A stretch of 64,000 bases of DNA. It comes from Eutreptiella sp. 'Long Island Sound 2002' (Eukaryota > Protista > Euglenida). The notes beneath the pieces were generated by a model that was not told where the DNA came from, did no database searches, and saw only the letters and a list, made by a program, of their open reading frames with translations. Positions 25,887-37,678 of the stretch are shown one piece after another; within the stretch, counting starts at the first letter, position 1, and every line of letters begins with the position of its first letter. The stretch covers positions 91,016,001-91,080,000 of the forward strand of contig OZ038378.1 in assembly GCA_964036045.1 (NCBI GenBank). The letters run 5' to 3'. The translations under genes and the position numbers were made by a program.

Positions 25887-26040
25887 GAGTGTCTGTTTGC
25901 TGCGCAGCACCTTGGGCGTACTCGGTAGCGCCATTCTGAGTGTCTCCTTGCAGCGCAGCACGTTGGGCGCACTCGTTGGCGCCATGCTGAGTGTCTCCTT
26001 GCAGCGCAGCAGCCATACCCAAGGTGTCGACAGCTTGCAG
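25887..26040. repeat. 51-bp tandem repeat, about 2.5 copies
   Basis: GCGCAGCA starts at 25902, 25953 and 26004. Confidence 0.8.
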
Positions 26041-26292
26041 CAACGGGTTGACTTTGCTGTGTAACGCACGTTGTGAACTGGCGATGCCCTCCAGCTTCTG
26101 CACCACGCACGATGCTTCAGTCCTGTGAGGTACAAAATGCGAACAAATGAAACTCACCAACAGCTTGTGGTCAGTCAAATGACGCACCAACACTCAAAAT
26201 ACAGTCACAGCACCCAGGAACAATGGAAGAACACTCAGGGCATGCACACACACTCAAGTAGTGGACACAGGACTCACAAACACTCAATGGGC

Positions 26293-26293
<1 letters not shown>

Positions 26294-26335
<42 letters not shown>
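26294..26335. repeat. (CAG)n microsatellite
   Basis: About 13 consecutive CAG. Confidence 0.95.
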
Positions 26336-26337
<2 letters not shown>

Positions 26338-29300
26338 GAGCGACAAGCAGCTGCTGCGGGGGGCGGCAACGGCAAACCTTTTGCTCGTCTGCAGCTCTTG
26401 ACGGTTTTTATTCCTCTTCCTCTGATTGCATCTCCTGCAGCCCTTTGCTCTCTTTCGTCTCCTCTTCGTTCCCTCCTTTTCTATTTGTTCTTCACGCCCA
26501 ACACTGACGGAGAGAGCAGCAACGGATGTGAAGGCAGAAGGACTGCTACACCTTTGCAATTTTCTTCAGATGAAAAGGAGACAAATGACATAACATAAAG
26601 CACACCCTCTCCCGTAAATCTTCGTTATTCAGTATCCAGCCGAGTAAAAGGGATGTGAGCGCTTTTGGACAGGTGCTGCCGGGGGAATTTTGGTTGTGTC
26701 GGTTGGCAAAAGCAAAACAGAATTCTAATTTCATATGGCCTAACTCCTTCAAAGAACCTTATCACTTACAGCAAACCATTGTTAACACCATTTGTATCAT
26801 GAATTGCTTTAGTATTCATAATATGATCTGAAGTCAGAGGCTTCCATATTCCTAAATATCAATGCCTCTCATTGGTGAAATGCTTTTGCCACTGTGGCAT
26901 TCAACAAACCTTATCGTCAATAACAACCCTTTTGCTCAATGCTTTGCTTTACTCTTCACGATGTTGTATCTGGCCGGGGCCTTGTGCACTTTTTAAAAGC
27001 TCTAGGCAATAACAACAACCATCCAAAAGCCTCTAGGAAATACAACAATGCAAATACCCCAACACCATACTGTCAAAAACACAAGGAGTGCTTGAGGGAG
27101 CTGATTGGTGAGCCTGAAGCATCGCAGTGTGATTGATTTGGATGCCAGTTTCTCATCTTCTCGAAAAACAGGGTGTTTTTGATGAAACGAGCAATTTTCG
27201 TTTCTCGTTTCATATAAAATGAGCCATTATCTTTTCTCGTATCACTTTTTTCGAGATTTTTTAATCTCATTCCCATCACCATGCGTACAACCTCCCTTCG
27301 GTAGTGGCAGTACACCGTGTGCAGGCCGATATCATATGCCCCAACCCTTTCATCGACGCTTAGTTCTTTCACACCCCGGTACACCGCCCATTTATTGTCC
27401 GTCCTTGCTTTCCAGCCATTTGTCACCACTACCCCGTGACACCATGCCCTGTCCCCTTTTGCTCTGCCCTGCTCCAGGTACGCCTGTACCAGAACCAAGT
27501 ACCACACCCTGTCCGCTGGAAACCCGTGCACCGTAAGCCTGATCTGCGACGCACTTTCCCCACACGTGTGGCCAACCGGCACCAAGGGCGCCTCCTCCGC
27601 GGGCCGGCCCGTGTCCGTCATCTGGAAGGTCACCTCTACCCCATCATCCTCCTCCCGCAACAACCCCACCGTCTCCAAGCCTATCTGGAGCCCTGCCCTA
27701 TTCCCCTCGTGCTCCTCCCCCGACCAAACCTCCATGCCCCCTTGGGCCTCCTTGTGGTCATGCATCTCCCTTAGCAGCCGTAGCACTGGTCCCGACCACT
27801 GTCCCCGGACGTCCGTAGTGCGCACGGTCGCAGTCGGGAAGTCCCACGCCATCGTTCTCAGGACTGGCCACCGCACCTGCCCCACCTCCTTTGTGCATCT
27901 CCAGCACTGGTCCCTGTGCCCTGGCCCCCCCGGGATGTTGTCTCTCCGGAACATATCCGCATGTACATCGTAGCACTGCCAACCCGTACTTTGCACGTTC
28001 CCCCGCTGCCCTTTGAGTTTCAACAAAGCACACAAGCAGTATGCCCCGCCTTCCCTTTTCTCTTTCTCCTCTGTTCAGCGCATTTTCTCCCTCCGCCCTT
28101 TCCCCTTCCCCGCGCGCCTTCACCTTCCTTGTGATCCCCCATTGCGCAACCCACTCTTTCCACATGCGTTGCGTCAGTTTGTCCCACCTGGTGCGTGTTT
28201 CATGCCCTCTTGCTCGCCGCATCAGCCAGTTGTACACACCCCATTCCACGAACCCCTTTTCTCCATAAAGCTCCGCGTGATTCAGCCCTGCTCTCTTGTA
28301 CTCCTTCATATCCTTCCTGCGCACGTGGATCACCTCCAAACTCAATCACCCCTGCATCACCCACCGCACTGTTCCATGCGCGGCTCCTCTGAAGTCTGTG
28401 TCCAGCGCCAGGATCGGTCCACGTCTTCCGCAGTTCCTGTTAATCGCCAACATGTGCTCCTCCCCGGGCAACAACGCCTGCAGCAAGCGCCACATGCGGT
28501 CTCTCTTCCCCGCCCTCAACCCCCACCTTCTGTGCCACACATAGCGTGGGCACATGTTCTCCTCCCTCTGCACTTCTGCAGCTGCATGGCTGCACACGCG
28601 GCACACCACCTCCTCCTTGTTGTGGCACATCCTGTTTAGTGCTCTTGCCATATGCGCCCTATACGCCTCCCCCGTTGAAGGCATACCCTCTCCAAAATAT
28701 GTCGTTGGCGATCGCAACACGCACTGTGGCATCTCCCTGGGTATCATACCCCCTGATGAGACTCCGCACCTTGCTCTCCACCTCCTCGAGCTGTCCGCTC
28801 CAGTACGGGAGGTCCATCCCCTGATACCCTATTGCCGCGTTGAGCACTGCTCGGAGGTAGTACAGAACCGTCTGTCTTGACGGGGGGTGACTCCGGAGGA
28901 CCACCATCATCGCTCGGAACCCCCTGAGTAGCTTATCTGGCATCCTGATGCCCTCTGCTCCCATGGTCTGGACGTGCCCCAGGACCACAGCCTCTTCCGC
29001 CCTCTAGAGCCACGCCACCCCGTCCCCGACATCCAGCGCCATACCACCCTCTCAGCCCCTCCCCCAGGACGGCCAACTTCTCCGTGCTCCAGACAAGGTG
29101 GCTAACCCATCCGTACCTCTGCATGAGGTCCTGTACCACTTGCTGGGCCCTTTTGTCCCGGGCTATGGGCACTGCATCATCCACGTATGTTCCTGCCGGT
29201 GACGTGTGTCGCATCATCGGCAGTTGCGCATACTCTCGCGCTATCCATCGCATCAGTGGGAGCATGGCAAGCATGTACGGAAATGGGCCCTCCACTCCGC

Positions 29301-29339
29301 CCTGTGGCACCCAGCTACCTGGGGTCACCCACTCTGTAC

Positions 29340-30734
29340 TAAAGCAGCTTCAAGGGGGGGGGGTTCCTCAAATGTCCTCAGTTCTACTAACCTTGAAGAA
29401 AGTTTTCTAACCTACTGCCTTCCAAGTCCACACCGCCTGACCCGGAACATGCAAGACAACAAATCAATCACATGGCTTACAAAGGGTTGTGAGAGGTTAC
29501 CTACCTCTCAGGCAGTTCTGAAACATACACACAACGGTTAAGGGTCAAGAGAAAAAGTAAATTGCAAACCTTCTCCCTGTTTAACCTAAGGTGATTATGG
29601 GTCACAAATCATTCAAAGATGCGGAAATCGTAAATTCAGAAACAGATTGAAACGCGGTTACCAGACAAATACAAAGAAGCCTGTATCCTCTGCACATACA
29701 AGACACTGTAGCACAAAACAGGCTACAAAACGGGCACAGCTGGACAAGTGAATTTTACATTCACATCAAAATTGCACTAGATGCACAGTCAGAGACAGAA
29801 ACACGCACCAAGTACAGAGAGGTCACACCACGAACACTGTCCAGAAAAACAAGGTGACTGAAGTACCCTGCACAGAACACCGCCCTGCACGGTGCTCCAA
29901 ACACAGGGAAACACACTGCCCTGCCCTGTCACGGCAGAATTCCTGGTTAGTCAGTTGCAGTTGGTTGCCTGAGGTCTACACACCAACCCGTTCATAGGTT
30001 GTAGTCCCTACCTTACCCTGAGTGCAGAACACGCCATCAGCAAAAGCTGTCTCGCACTGGCTGAGTGTAAAACACCCTCCGGCAGTCAGCAAAAGGAGTC
30101 TGGCACTGGTTGAGCGTAAGACTTGCTCCAGCAGTAGGATCGGCCAGACCACAGTAAATCAAACTTACCTGCACGTTCATGGAGTCCTGTCAGTTGTATG
30201 CTGTGATGATCTTTGTGTCAGTTGAATGGTAGGACGCGCACAGGTAACCCACTCTTTGACTGTGCTACATTACACACCCGGGACCCTACAACTTACGTCG
30301 ACGTCGTTTCAGTGACCTGCGACATCGCCGAGCTACCCTCATGCGAGCGCCCATGCTTATACACCGCACTGAGCGACTAACCACGTACCAGAAGCGCTCA
30401 GCCGATTTTCTGCAAAATTCGTAGAGTCGTAACTCAAACCAACGCCACCAAGCGCCGAAATAACACCGTAGTAATCCCAACCCTTTAAAGCTGACAGTTC
30501 AACATCCAGAACGCTGCGATTCTAGAAAAATCACAAAATAAAAACTGGTAAATCTCTGGCGCGCGTCGACGGTGTCCGAACTCCAGGTTTACCTACAGTG
30601 ATTTCAAGGTTAAAGACACAGAGAATTAGGTTAGAATAAATGACGGACAGTAGGAAAATGGCTGTCTGCAGTCCTGGACCAGAAACTGTCTTGAGTCCTG
30701 AGCCTAGCGTAGGGGCAGACCCCCATACACATCA
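29340..30734. mobile_element. Solo-LTR-like insertion (1395 bp) with 4-bp TSD GTAC
   Basis: GTAC at 29336-39 and 30735-38. Removal restores RT codons GNGCTEWVTPG. Termini are TA...CA. Confidence 0.75.
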
Positions 30735-33700
30735 GTACAGCCGTTCCCCGTGGCTACTGTGTACCTTCTAGTGCGTAGGTACTCCCCGACATAAACGCCT
30801 TATGCGAGCCCCAATCGCCTCCAAAACTCCTCTATGAGTCTGTGCTGCATGTTGCAGAACGCCCCCTTCACGTCCACGGACACTATGAACACCTCCAGCT
30901 CCTCATCATCCAAGTATATGTCATACAGGAAGCTTGCTTCCTGTGTGGACCTGCCCGGCACAGAACCTGACCTGTTGTCCGTAATAACCGCCGCCGCATA
31001 CGGCCTGCGCTGTATTCTTGCAAAGACGAGCATCCACACCAGCTTGGCCTCTGTGACAGCACAGCATAGGGGCCTCCACCTCCCCGGCCTCAGGTGATCC
31101 CCCTTGTTGTACAGGGGCCTCACCTTGCCCCCCCACTCTACCGGGGACTTGCCTGTGCGCAGCACCTCCGTGACCCTCCCTGCCAAACCATCCAGCTCAG
31201 GCGCACCAAGGTTCTGGTACGCCTCTGCCACCAGTTGGTCCACCCCTAGGCTCTTTTTCCTCCTAAAAGCCCACACCACCTCTGTTATTTCCCCGAACGT
31301 TACCCTACGGCGGTGTATGGCCTCGCTTTGCTCCTCCGTGAACACCTGCGGCAGCGCCAGCACCATCGTCGTTGTGGTTTCGCTCAGCCCCTGCTGCCCT
31401 TGGTTGTGCTGTCTCCGAACGCTCTCGCGCACCACCTCCAGCACTTGCCGTCTGTTGGTCATGACTCTGCCATCCTGCAGCCTCACCGCCCTCATCTCCT
31501 GTGGCTGCCCAGGCTCCGCGAGCTCCTGGATGCACCGCAGTGACTTGTACGGTACCGCTGTCTCCATATACCTTTAATGCTCTGCCACCACCTTCTGGTA
31601 GACCCTCTCATGCTCATCTTCCACTGCCCTCCTTGCCGCCTGCACCCTTTTCCTTGCCCGCGCCAGCTCCTCCTTCCACTTCGCACCGTCTGCCTTTGTT
31701 CTCGCCTCCACTTCCTGTTGCCTCTTCCTCAAATTGGCCACCAGTTGTTGCCGCTTGGGCTGAGGTTGCGAATTCCCCATCGGCCTGCTAAACCCACACA
31801 CGTTTGCCGCTTTCCGCATGCCCCGATGCGCGTGACCCCCCCGCCTCATTTGGACATGGACTTGCTGCACCCACTGCTGCCACCTGTTGTCGTCCCCCTC
31901 CTCTGGGCATTGCACCGGCGGCGGCAGACTGACCGCCTCCTCATCCGACTCCTGTTGCTCATCGTCTTCTTCTCCTGGCTCCCCCAACTTCACGTCCACA
32001 GTCACCATCATCTGGCAATGCCCCTTCCTGTCCCTCATTTCCTCCGGCCCCACCATATACCCCAGCGTGACCCCCCGGACCAACAGAGGGTTTGCATACA
32101 CTGCGTCCATCCTTGACGGTGGTTCCCTCTGCTGACGGGTAGTGTGAGGGGCCTGGTTCTCTGTTGCAGGACACATCCTGCAGCCGCATTTGCTCCACAA
32201 ACAGCCTCACAATCCGGTCCACATCCGTCCCCATGCAGCTCCTCCGGGGATTGTAGTTGAAGTTCCCAACCACGATGACCGGTTCCCTCTCCAGCGCCCT
32301 GACATACTATACCAACAGTTGCGCCGCATACTCCTTGACCCTCTACCCATGCAGGATGTGGCAGTTGATGATGATCACCTGCCCATGCTCCATCGCCACA
32401 TCATATACCGCTATTCTCCCCTTTGCTTCCACTTTCTTGTCTTGTACGACGCCCAGGCACCTGCGCACCAACAACGGCACAACTTGTGCCCAGGCCCGCT
32501 GGTACTCCGGCCCCTAGCCGTCGTACATCTGCGTGCACACAACGTTGTCCTCCCCCTGCAGCCGTATATCCTGATATGCCACCATGTCAGGGTTCTCTTT
32601 GTGCAGCCTCATTTGCTGCAACGCTGCCTTCTCCGCGCGATACAGTGCCGCTGGGTCGTTATGGGTGTACAGCTTGATGTGTTGCCACCTTCCCTCTTCA
32701 TCTTTCAGAACCCCTTCTTGTTCCTTCGGACGTCGTCCTTTCCCACCATCCTTTCCGCTGTGCTGACGCGATGTGCGTATCCTCGTCACTGCCGCCGCCC
32801 GGCGCGTCGTTAATTGTCACTTCTTCTTCGTCGTATTCCTCCCAGACAACACCTCCTCGCCTTCCAGCTCCGGAACCAACTATTCCTGTATGTTCATCTC
32901 TTGTCCCCGCGTAAACACCAGCAATCTCGCCTTGGATATGGCAGTCTTTCCCCTTCGTCTTCTTCTTCCTGATCCTCCCATTGTACAAGGTCCGCCTTCG
33001 TCTCATAGTCCGTGCGATCCCTCTGTACGATCATCTCCTCCACTGTCCCGAACTACATTCTCCACTTCCCTCGGACCTTGTGCGGGGCATACACCTTCAC
33101 CCCTTCCGCCACTGTTCCGGCTCATCGCTCCCTTCCTCACCGTACCTGACCCCTCTTTATCTCTTCCACTTTGGCATCGCATCGTCTGCCCCTCGGCTCA
33201 TCCGCTCTGGTTCCCCCTGACATTCCTCGTCTCCGTTGCCGCTTGTTCCTGTCCCCTGCTCTGTCGTCTCCGGGATCCCCCCTGCTCTCCTGTCCCTCCT
33301 CACCTTCTCCTGCCTTACTCCCCTGGTCCCCGTCCACCACCGCTGCTTCTCCCTTGCCCACTCCTTCTCCTTCTCCCCCACCCCATCGTGTCCCACCTCC
33401 GCGTCCACCTCCAATCTCGGCTCACGATCTTCCTCTTCCTGTGCCTGTCCTGCCTCCCCGTCTCTTTGCTCCTGATTAACCCTGTCCCCTACTATAAACC
33501 GCATTTGTCCACCCATCCCTCTCCTGAACCCCCTCCATCTATCCTGCCTCCCCCCCTCAGGGTCTTCCTCCATCTCCGCCCCCTGCTTTTGCGCATCCTC
33601 GACGGGTTTCCTTGCCCTCGCCAGCGACTCCTGCCTTGCCCCCTCCTCTGTGCCCCGAGATACCATCCACCTCAGCTGCTCCCCTTCCTTACAGCCGTTC

Positions 33701-35979
33701 GGCCACTCGAGCGCCAGCCTTATCTGCTCTTTGATGTCCTCTGCTTCCTCGGCTGCTGTGCCTCTGCCCATCTGTGACTCCAACGCTCTCAAGATGGCCG
33801 TTGTACGCATCTCCTCTGTTCTTCCCAGCCCTACCTCCTCCGCCTCCCCGACCCATCTCATGAGCCGCCGTTCCACCCTCTCAAAAGGGGCCCTGGTGTA
33901 AACTACCGCCGTGCGTCTGCCCCCCCTGGTTTCCGGGACCCACCATGTGAGTCCATCCTGTGCCAAGTCGGTGACTTCTTGGTCTGCCGCTGCCGTGGCA
34001 CTTGCCTGTGGCGTCACGACTTGTATAGTGTGTCCCTTAATGCTCCCCCGTGCCCCCCCGTAGTCCTCCATGGCCAAAACCTTCCTGACCAGGTGCATTT
34101 TGGTGTTCGGGTCCCAATCTCTGGCCGTTCCTCTGCTACTGCGTACCATTTCCTCGACATACAGCGCCGGCGCCAACACGTGCCTCGTCAGCCCCGACAC
34201 CTCCACTGTTCTGCTTGTGCTGTCCACACACACCGCTACCTGTGCATCCTGCTGCATTTGCATCCACAGCACTGCGTGCTTAGGCTCCACCTTCCGCGCT
34301 GTCAGCACCTGTGCCCTCGCCTGTCGCTAGTATGCCTCAGCCCCCTCCTCTGATGTTCCGATCCGGCCATCCGCATATCCCACCAACATGTTCTTGACCT
34401 GGTGGAAGTACACTTCTTCTTCTCCCATATGCAGCCACATTGGCCCTTTTCTCCTGGGCTGCCGCATCCTGATCCCCTGATCCTGATACCCACCTCTCAG
34501 TTCCTACGGTCCGTCTGGCCTGCACAGGCACCTGGCCTGTGTGCTTTCCGGTCTGCACCTGTCCCTCAAGGATTTTGCCTGGCTTTCATGTGGTACCTTG
34601 CTTTGCTCACTGCCCGCCGCACATCCTCACCCCTACACCCCTCCAGCCCTTGCTGCGCCTCTCCATTGTGGATGAAGACATTCTGCCACAGCGACGCCTT
34701 TCCCCTCAGCCTATGTGCCTATTTCTGAAGCACGTCCTTTCTGTCCCTTCCGTCACCCAGTATGTCCAGCCCCTCCGCCGCTGCTTCTCGTTGGCGCTTC
34801 TCTTTCTCCTACTCCGCCCTGCTCAGCTCCGTGGTGTCCTCACCCTCTACCCTACCTGGCTCTCTGAGAACTTCTGCATGCAGTGGTTCCCCCCCCGTGG
34901 GCTCCGACTTCCACCGGATCTCTGGCTGCGCATCCCAGTGCCCGATGGTGAATACCTGCACCGCCTGCCCCTCCCTTCCTGTCCCCGGCTCCGCTCCTCC
35001 CCCCTCCCGCACCCATTCTTCTGCCACTTTGGCGAGGCTGATATGTTGTTGCCCTGCCTCTCACACTCCGGCAATGGCAATCTACTCTCCATGCTGTCAT
35101 CACCCGCGAACCTGTAATGCCACGCGTCCCCGATGTGCGGATGCATGCGGTACGTGCGGTTGGCCATGCGTGCCGCCCCCCCATCCAGTGCCGTTTGAAT
35201 GGCCTCTGCCGCCTTCAGCATCATCTGCTCCCGGAACGTGTAGACCACCTCTTGCGCACTAGGCCCCTGCGTAGTGGGCGCTGGGGTCAACATCGCCCCT
35301 GTGAAGTGTGCGCGCACCGTGCTTGTGTCCTTTCCTCCTTTGGCAGCTCCCCTCCCAACTCCTTTCTTACCGCTGTCCCTTCTCTTCGGTCTGCCCGCCA
35401 CGACATATGCAACCCCCACCACTGCTGTCCCCACGCCGCTACCCTGTACCTACCCTTCCAACCTCGCTCCATCCACACCGCTCGGTCTGACTGCAGTTGG
35501 ACCGCTCTTTCCGGCCCCCATCTGGCTCCCAGTCCCTTCCTGTCCTGCAGCTGTAACATCGCCTCTCCCCCTCCCGTGACCCATAAGTCCACCCCTCCCT
35601 CCTGCCTCCTGTTCCATTCACCCTTACCCGTACCTTCTGGTACATCCTCATACTCCGTTTTCTGCACTTGCACCCCCAGTACTCCTTCCCACCCGGCTTG
35701 CTGCCTTCTTTCCCGTGTGCTTCCCTCTCCCACTTCCCTTCGCTCCCGCACGGGACACTCTTGCCCCTGGTACCGCCACCCCTCGCCTCCCTGCCTGCAC
35801 CTGCTGCACTTCCTGCCACACTCCCTCATCGTTGTGTCCCCCCGGCCTTCCTCTCATCCCCTGGTCCTCTGCTACCTCACCTCCTGTCACCAATTTCACG
35901 TCCATCTCACTTCCTCCACGTCTGTCTTCTCTCTCCCTCCTTCTCCTCCCCTCTCTCCCCCTGGTCCTTCTCTTCTGTT

Positions 35980-36385
35980 GGCTACAGCAGCTCGTAGTGT
36001 CCCCCTCCCCGTCTGCCCCACAGCAACGCTGCTGACGCCCGTTCCCCTTCTATGAACCTCTGCCATCTTCCGATACACTCCCTTGGGTCCCCACTCCTGG
36101 TATAAGGCTATTTTCGATCCTCTTTCATGTGCCTACCTTCAAACTTCACATGCCCCTCCCCATATCTCTCCAGTGAGCACCTTCTCTAGGTATTGCTCCC
36201 ACGTCTGAACTCCTGCGTCTCGCACCATCCGCCGTGCCCAGCCCGTCTCCGGGGGGTGCGCCATATCCTCTTCTGTGAGCGCCCTGCGCACCTCGTCAGC
36301 CGCTGCCTGCCCACCTGTCCCGTCCGCTTCGCTGAGTGCCCAACAGAGGCATTTGACATCCCCCGGGATGACCTGCCGCCGCGCA
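35980..36385 (-). pseudogene. OTU-like cysteine protease domain 3, full catalytic motif set
   Basis: RQVIPGDVKCLCWALSEA (Asp 36358-60, Cys 36349-51), EQYLEKV...IWGGACEV, then LLWGRRGGGHYELL (His 35997-99) after stops and a frameshift. Confidence 0.8.
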
Positions 36386-36489
36386 CTGTCCGGCATTTTG
36401 TCTGGCCATTCGTTCCAGTCTTGCACACTCGCCAGGACCCGTTGCACCGCTGCCGCCACTTCATCCGCATCAGTCCTGGGACCCCTGAC

Positions 36490-37380
36490 CCCCCACAGAA
36501 CCGTGTAGACCCTCTGTCTGGTCCACAGGATACCGGCGTCCATTGGACATACGTCCCCATATTCCACCAGCTTCCTGTACCCCTCCCAACTTTTAGTTTC
36601 CCTGTACACCGCTATTTTGTATCCCCCCTCCGCCGCCCATGCTTGCACGTCCGGTGGTCCTCCCATCGGTCTCCCTTGTGTCGTTCTCTGGATGTACCTC
36701 TGCGATGACTCTTTCTCCTGTGGCAGGCACTTCTCCCTTGTACCCGCCTTGTGTCTACCTTCCACGCTTGTCGCCACACTTGCCTTATCAACTCTTCAAC
36801 ACTATTCGACTTGCCCTCCAGCACGCACAATACTGCCCATAGGGAGTCGACATCCTTCTCGTCCATGTGCTCCAGGACCACCGCGTTCCCTGCCCGTTCT
36901 CCTGCCCCCTCCAAGGTATCCTCTCGCCTCTGCCATCCCCACGCTGCCTTGCGCTGCTGTTCCACGTCGTTACTCTCCGCACCCCCCACACTCCCCACGC
37001 CACACGTCGATGGCCTACTGTTGTTGGACGCCACACTTTGTTCTCTATTGCTCCCCACCAGGATTCCCCGAGCTGGGGCCCGCCTGCCATATTTTTTGTT
37101 GCCTCGTTTGCTTGCTGCACTCCCTCCCACTTCTCCTTCTTTCTCCAACATCACCATGTACACCCTCCTCTTCTTCCACAGGAATCCTGCCCTTTTGCCG
37201 CTCTCCTTTCCATACTCCCCTATCTTCCTGTAGGCCGCTCCACCCTTCACCTCCCTGTACACTGTCACCTTGTATCCTCCCCCCTCTGCCCACGCCTTCA
37301 CCTCCGGCGCCCCCCTCATCCGTCTCCCTTGTACCATCTTCTGTATGTACCCCCGCCACCCGATTCCCCCAGCAGCAGCA
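36490..37380 (-). pseudogene. OTU-like domains 1 (C-terminal half) and 2, catalytically degenerate
   Basis: Two paralogous blocks, YIQ...GAPEVKAWAEGGGYKVTVYRE...YRKIGEYG...FLWKKRRVY and YIQ...GGPPDVQAWAAEGGYKIAVYRE...YRKLVEYG...ILWTRQRVY. Both align to the C-terminal half of domain 3, with VY in place of HY. Confidence 0.65.
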
Positions 37381-37678
37381 GCTCAATCATATAGGCGGCT
37401 CAAGTTGCAGGGTCAAAAACGACAGAAAAGGTAGGGAAATGACAGGTTTCAGAAATAATTGAATGATAATTATTTTGATTCATGATTCTCGACTGTCGCG
37501 AACCTGTACAGTGAAATAAATTTTCTCGTAAGATTGACATCTCCCATGGGTGATATAGGGAAAAGTATTGTTTTGTGTCCATTCTTTGCGCGAGGCCTTG
37601 CGCAAAGGCACTCATTTGTGTCGGATTAATGTACTGCAGCACAACGCATTAGGCAGGTTGTCTAAAAAGAGAAACCGG
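37004..37678. repeat. ~675-bp segment duplicated directly at 39344-40018
   Basis: LINE2 OTU piece plus Academ-like left end; both copies end at GAAACCGG. Scattered substitutions distinguish them. Confidence 0.9.
37392..37678 (+). mobile_element. Left-end fragment of Academ-like transposon (copy 1)
   Basis: TAGGCGGCTCAAGTTGCA terminus matches 39730 and 50523. Confidence 0.8.

Larger units (their letters stand above)
24385..27225. mobile_element. Unclassified ~2.8-kb insertion(s) in LINE family 2
   Basis: Separates LINE2 post-RT sequence (ends ~27225) from its RNase H. Both edges carry TTTCTCGTTT(T)CAT and AAATGAGC motifs in the same orientation. No TIR or TSD found. Confidence 0.45.
27225..37380 (-). 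mobile_element. Non-LTR retrotransposon family 2, decayed: OTU x3 - ORF1-like - APE - RT - post-RT region (RNase H at 23865-24375)
   Basis: APE: VAYQD, VIVVGNFN, SRMDAVY, GHC (~31990-32620). RT: KKSLGVDQLVAEAY, RWRPLCC, SVDVKGAF, PQGGVEGPF, YVDD (~29150-31560). Homologous to family 1 RT. Confidence 0.9.

Noticed and set aside
26125-26598. Poly-Q host protein ORF
   Set aside because: Explained by a (CAG)n microsatellite; no other coding signal.
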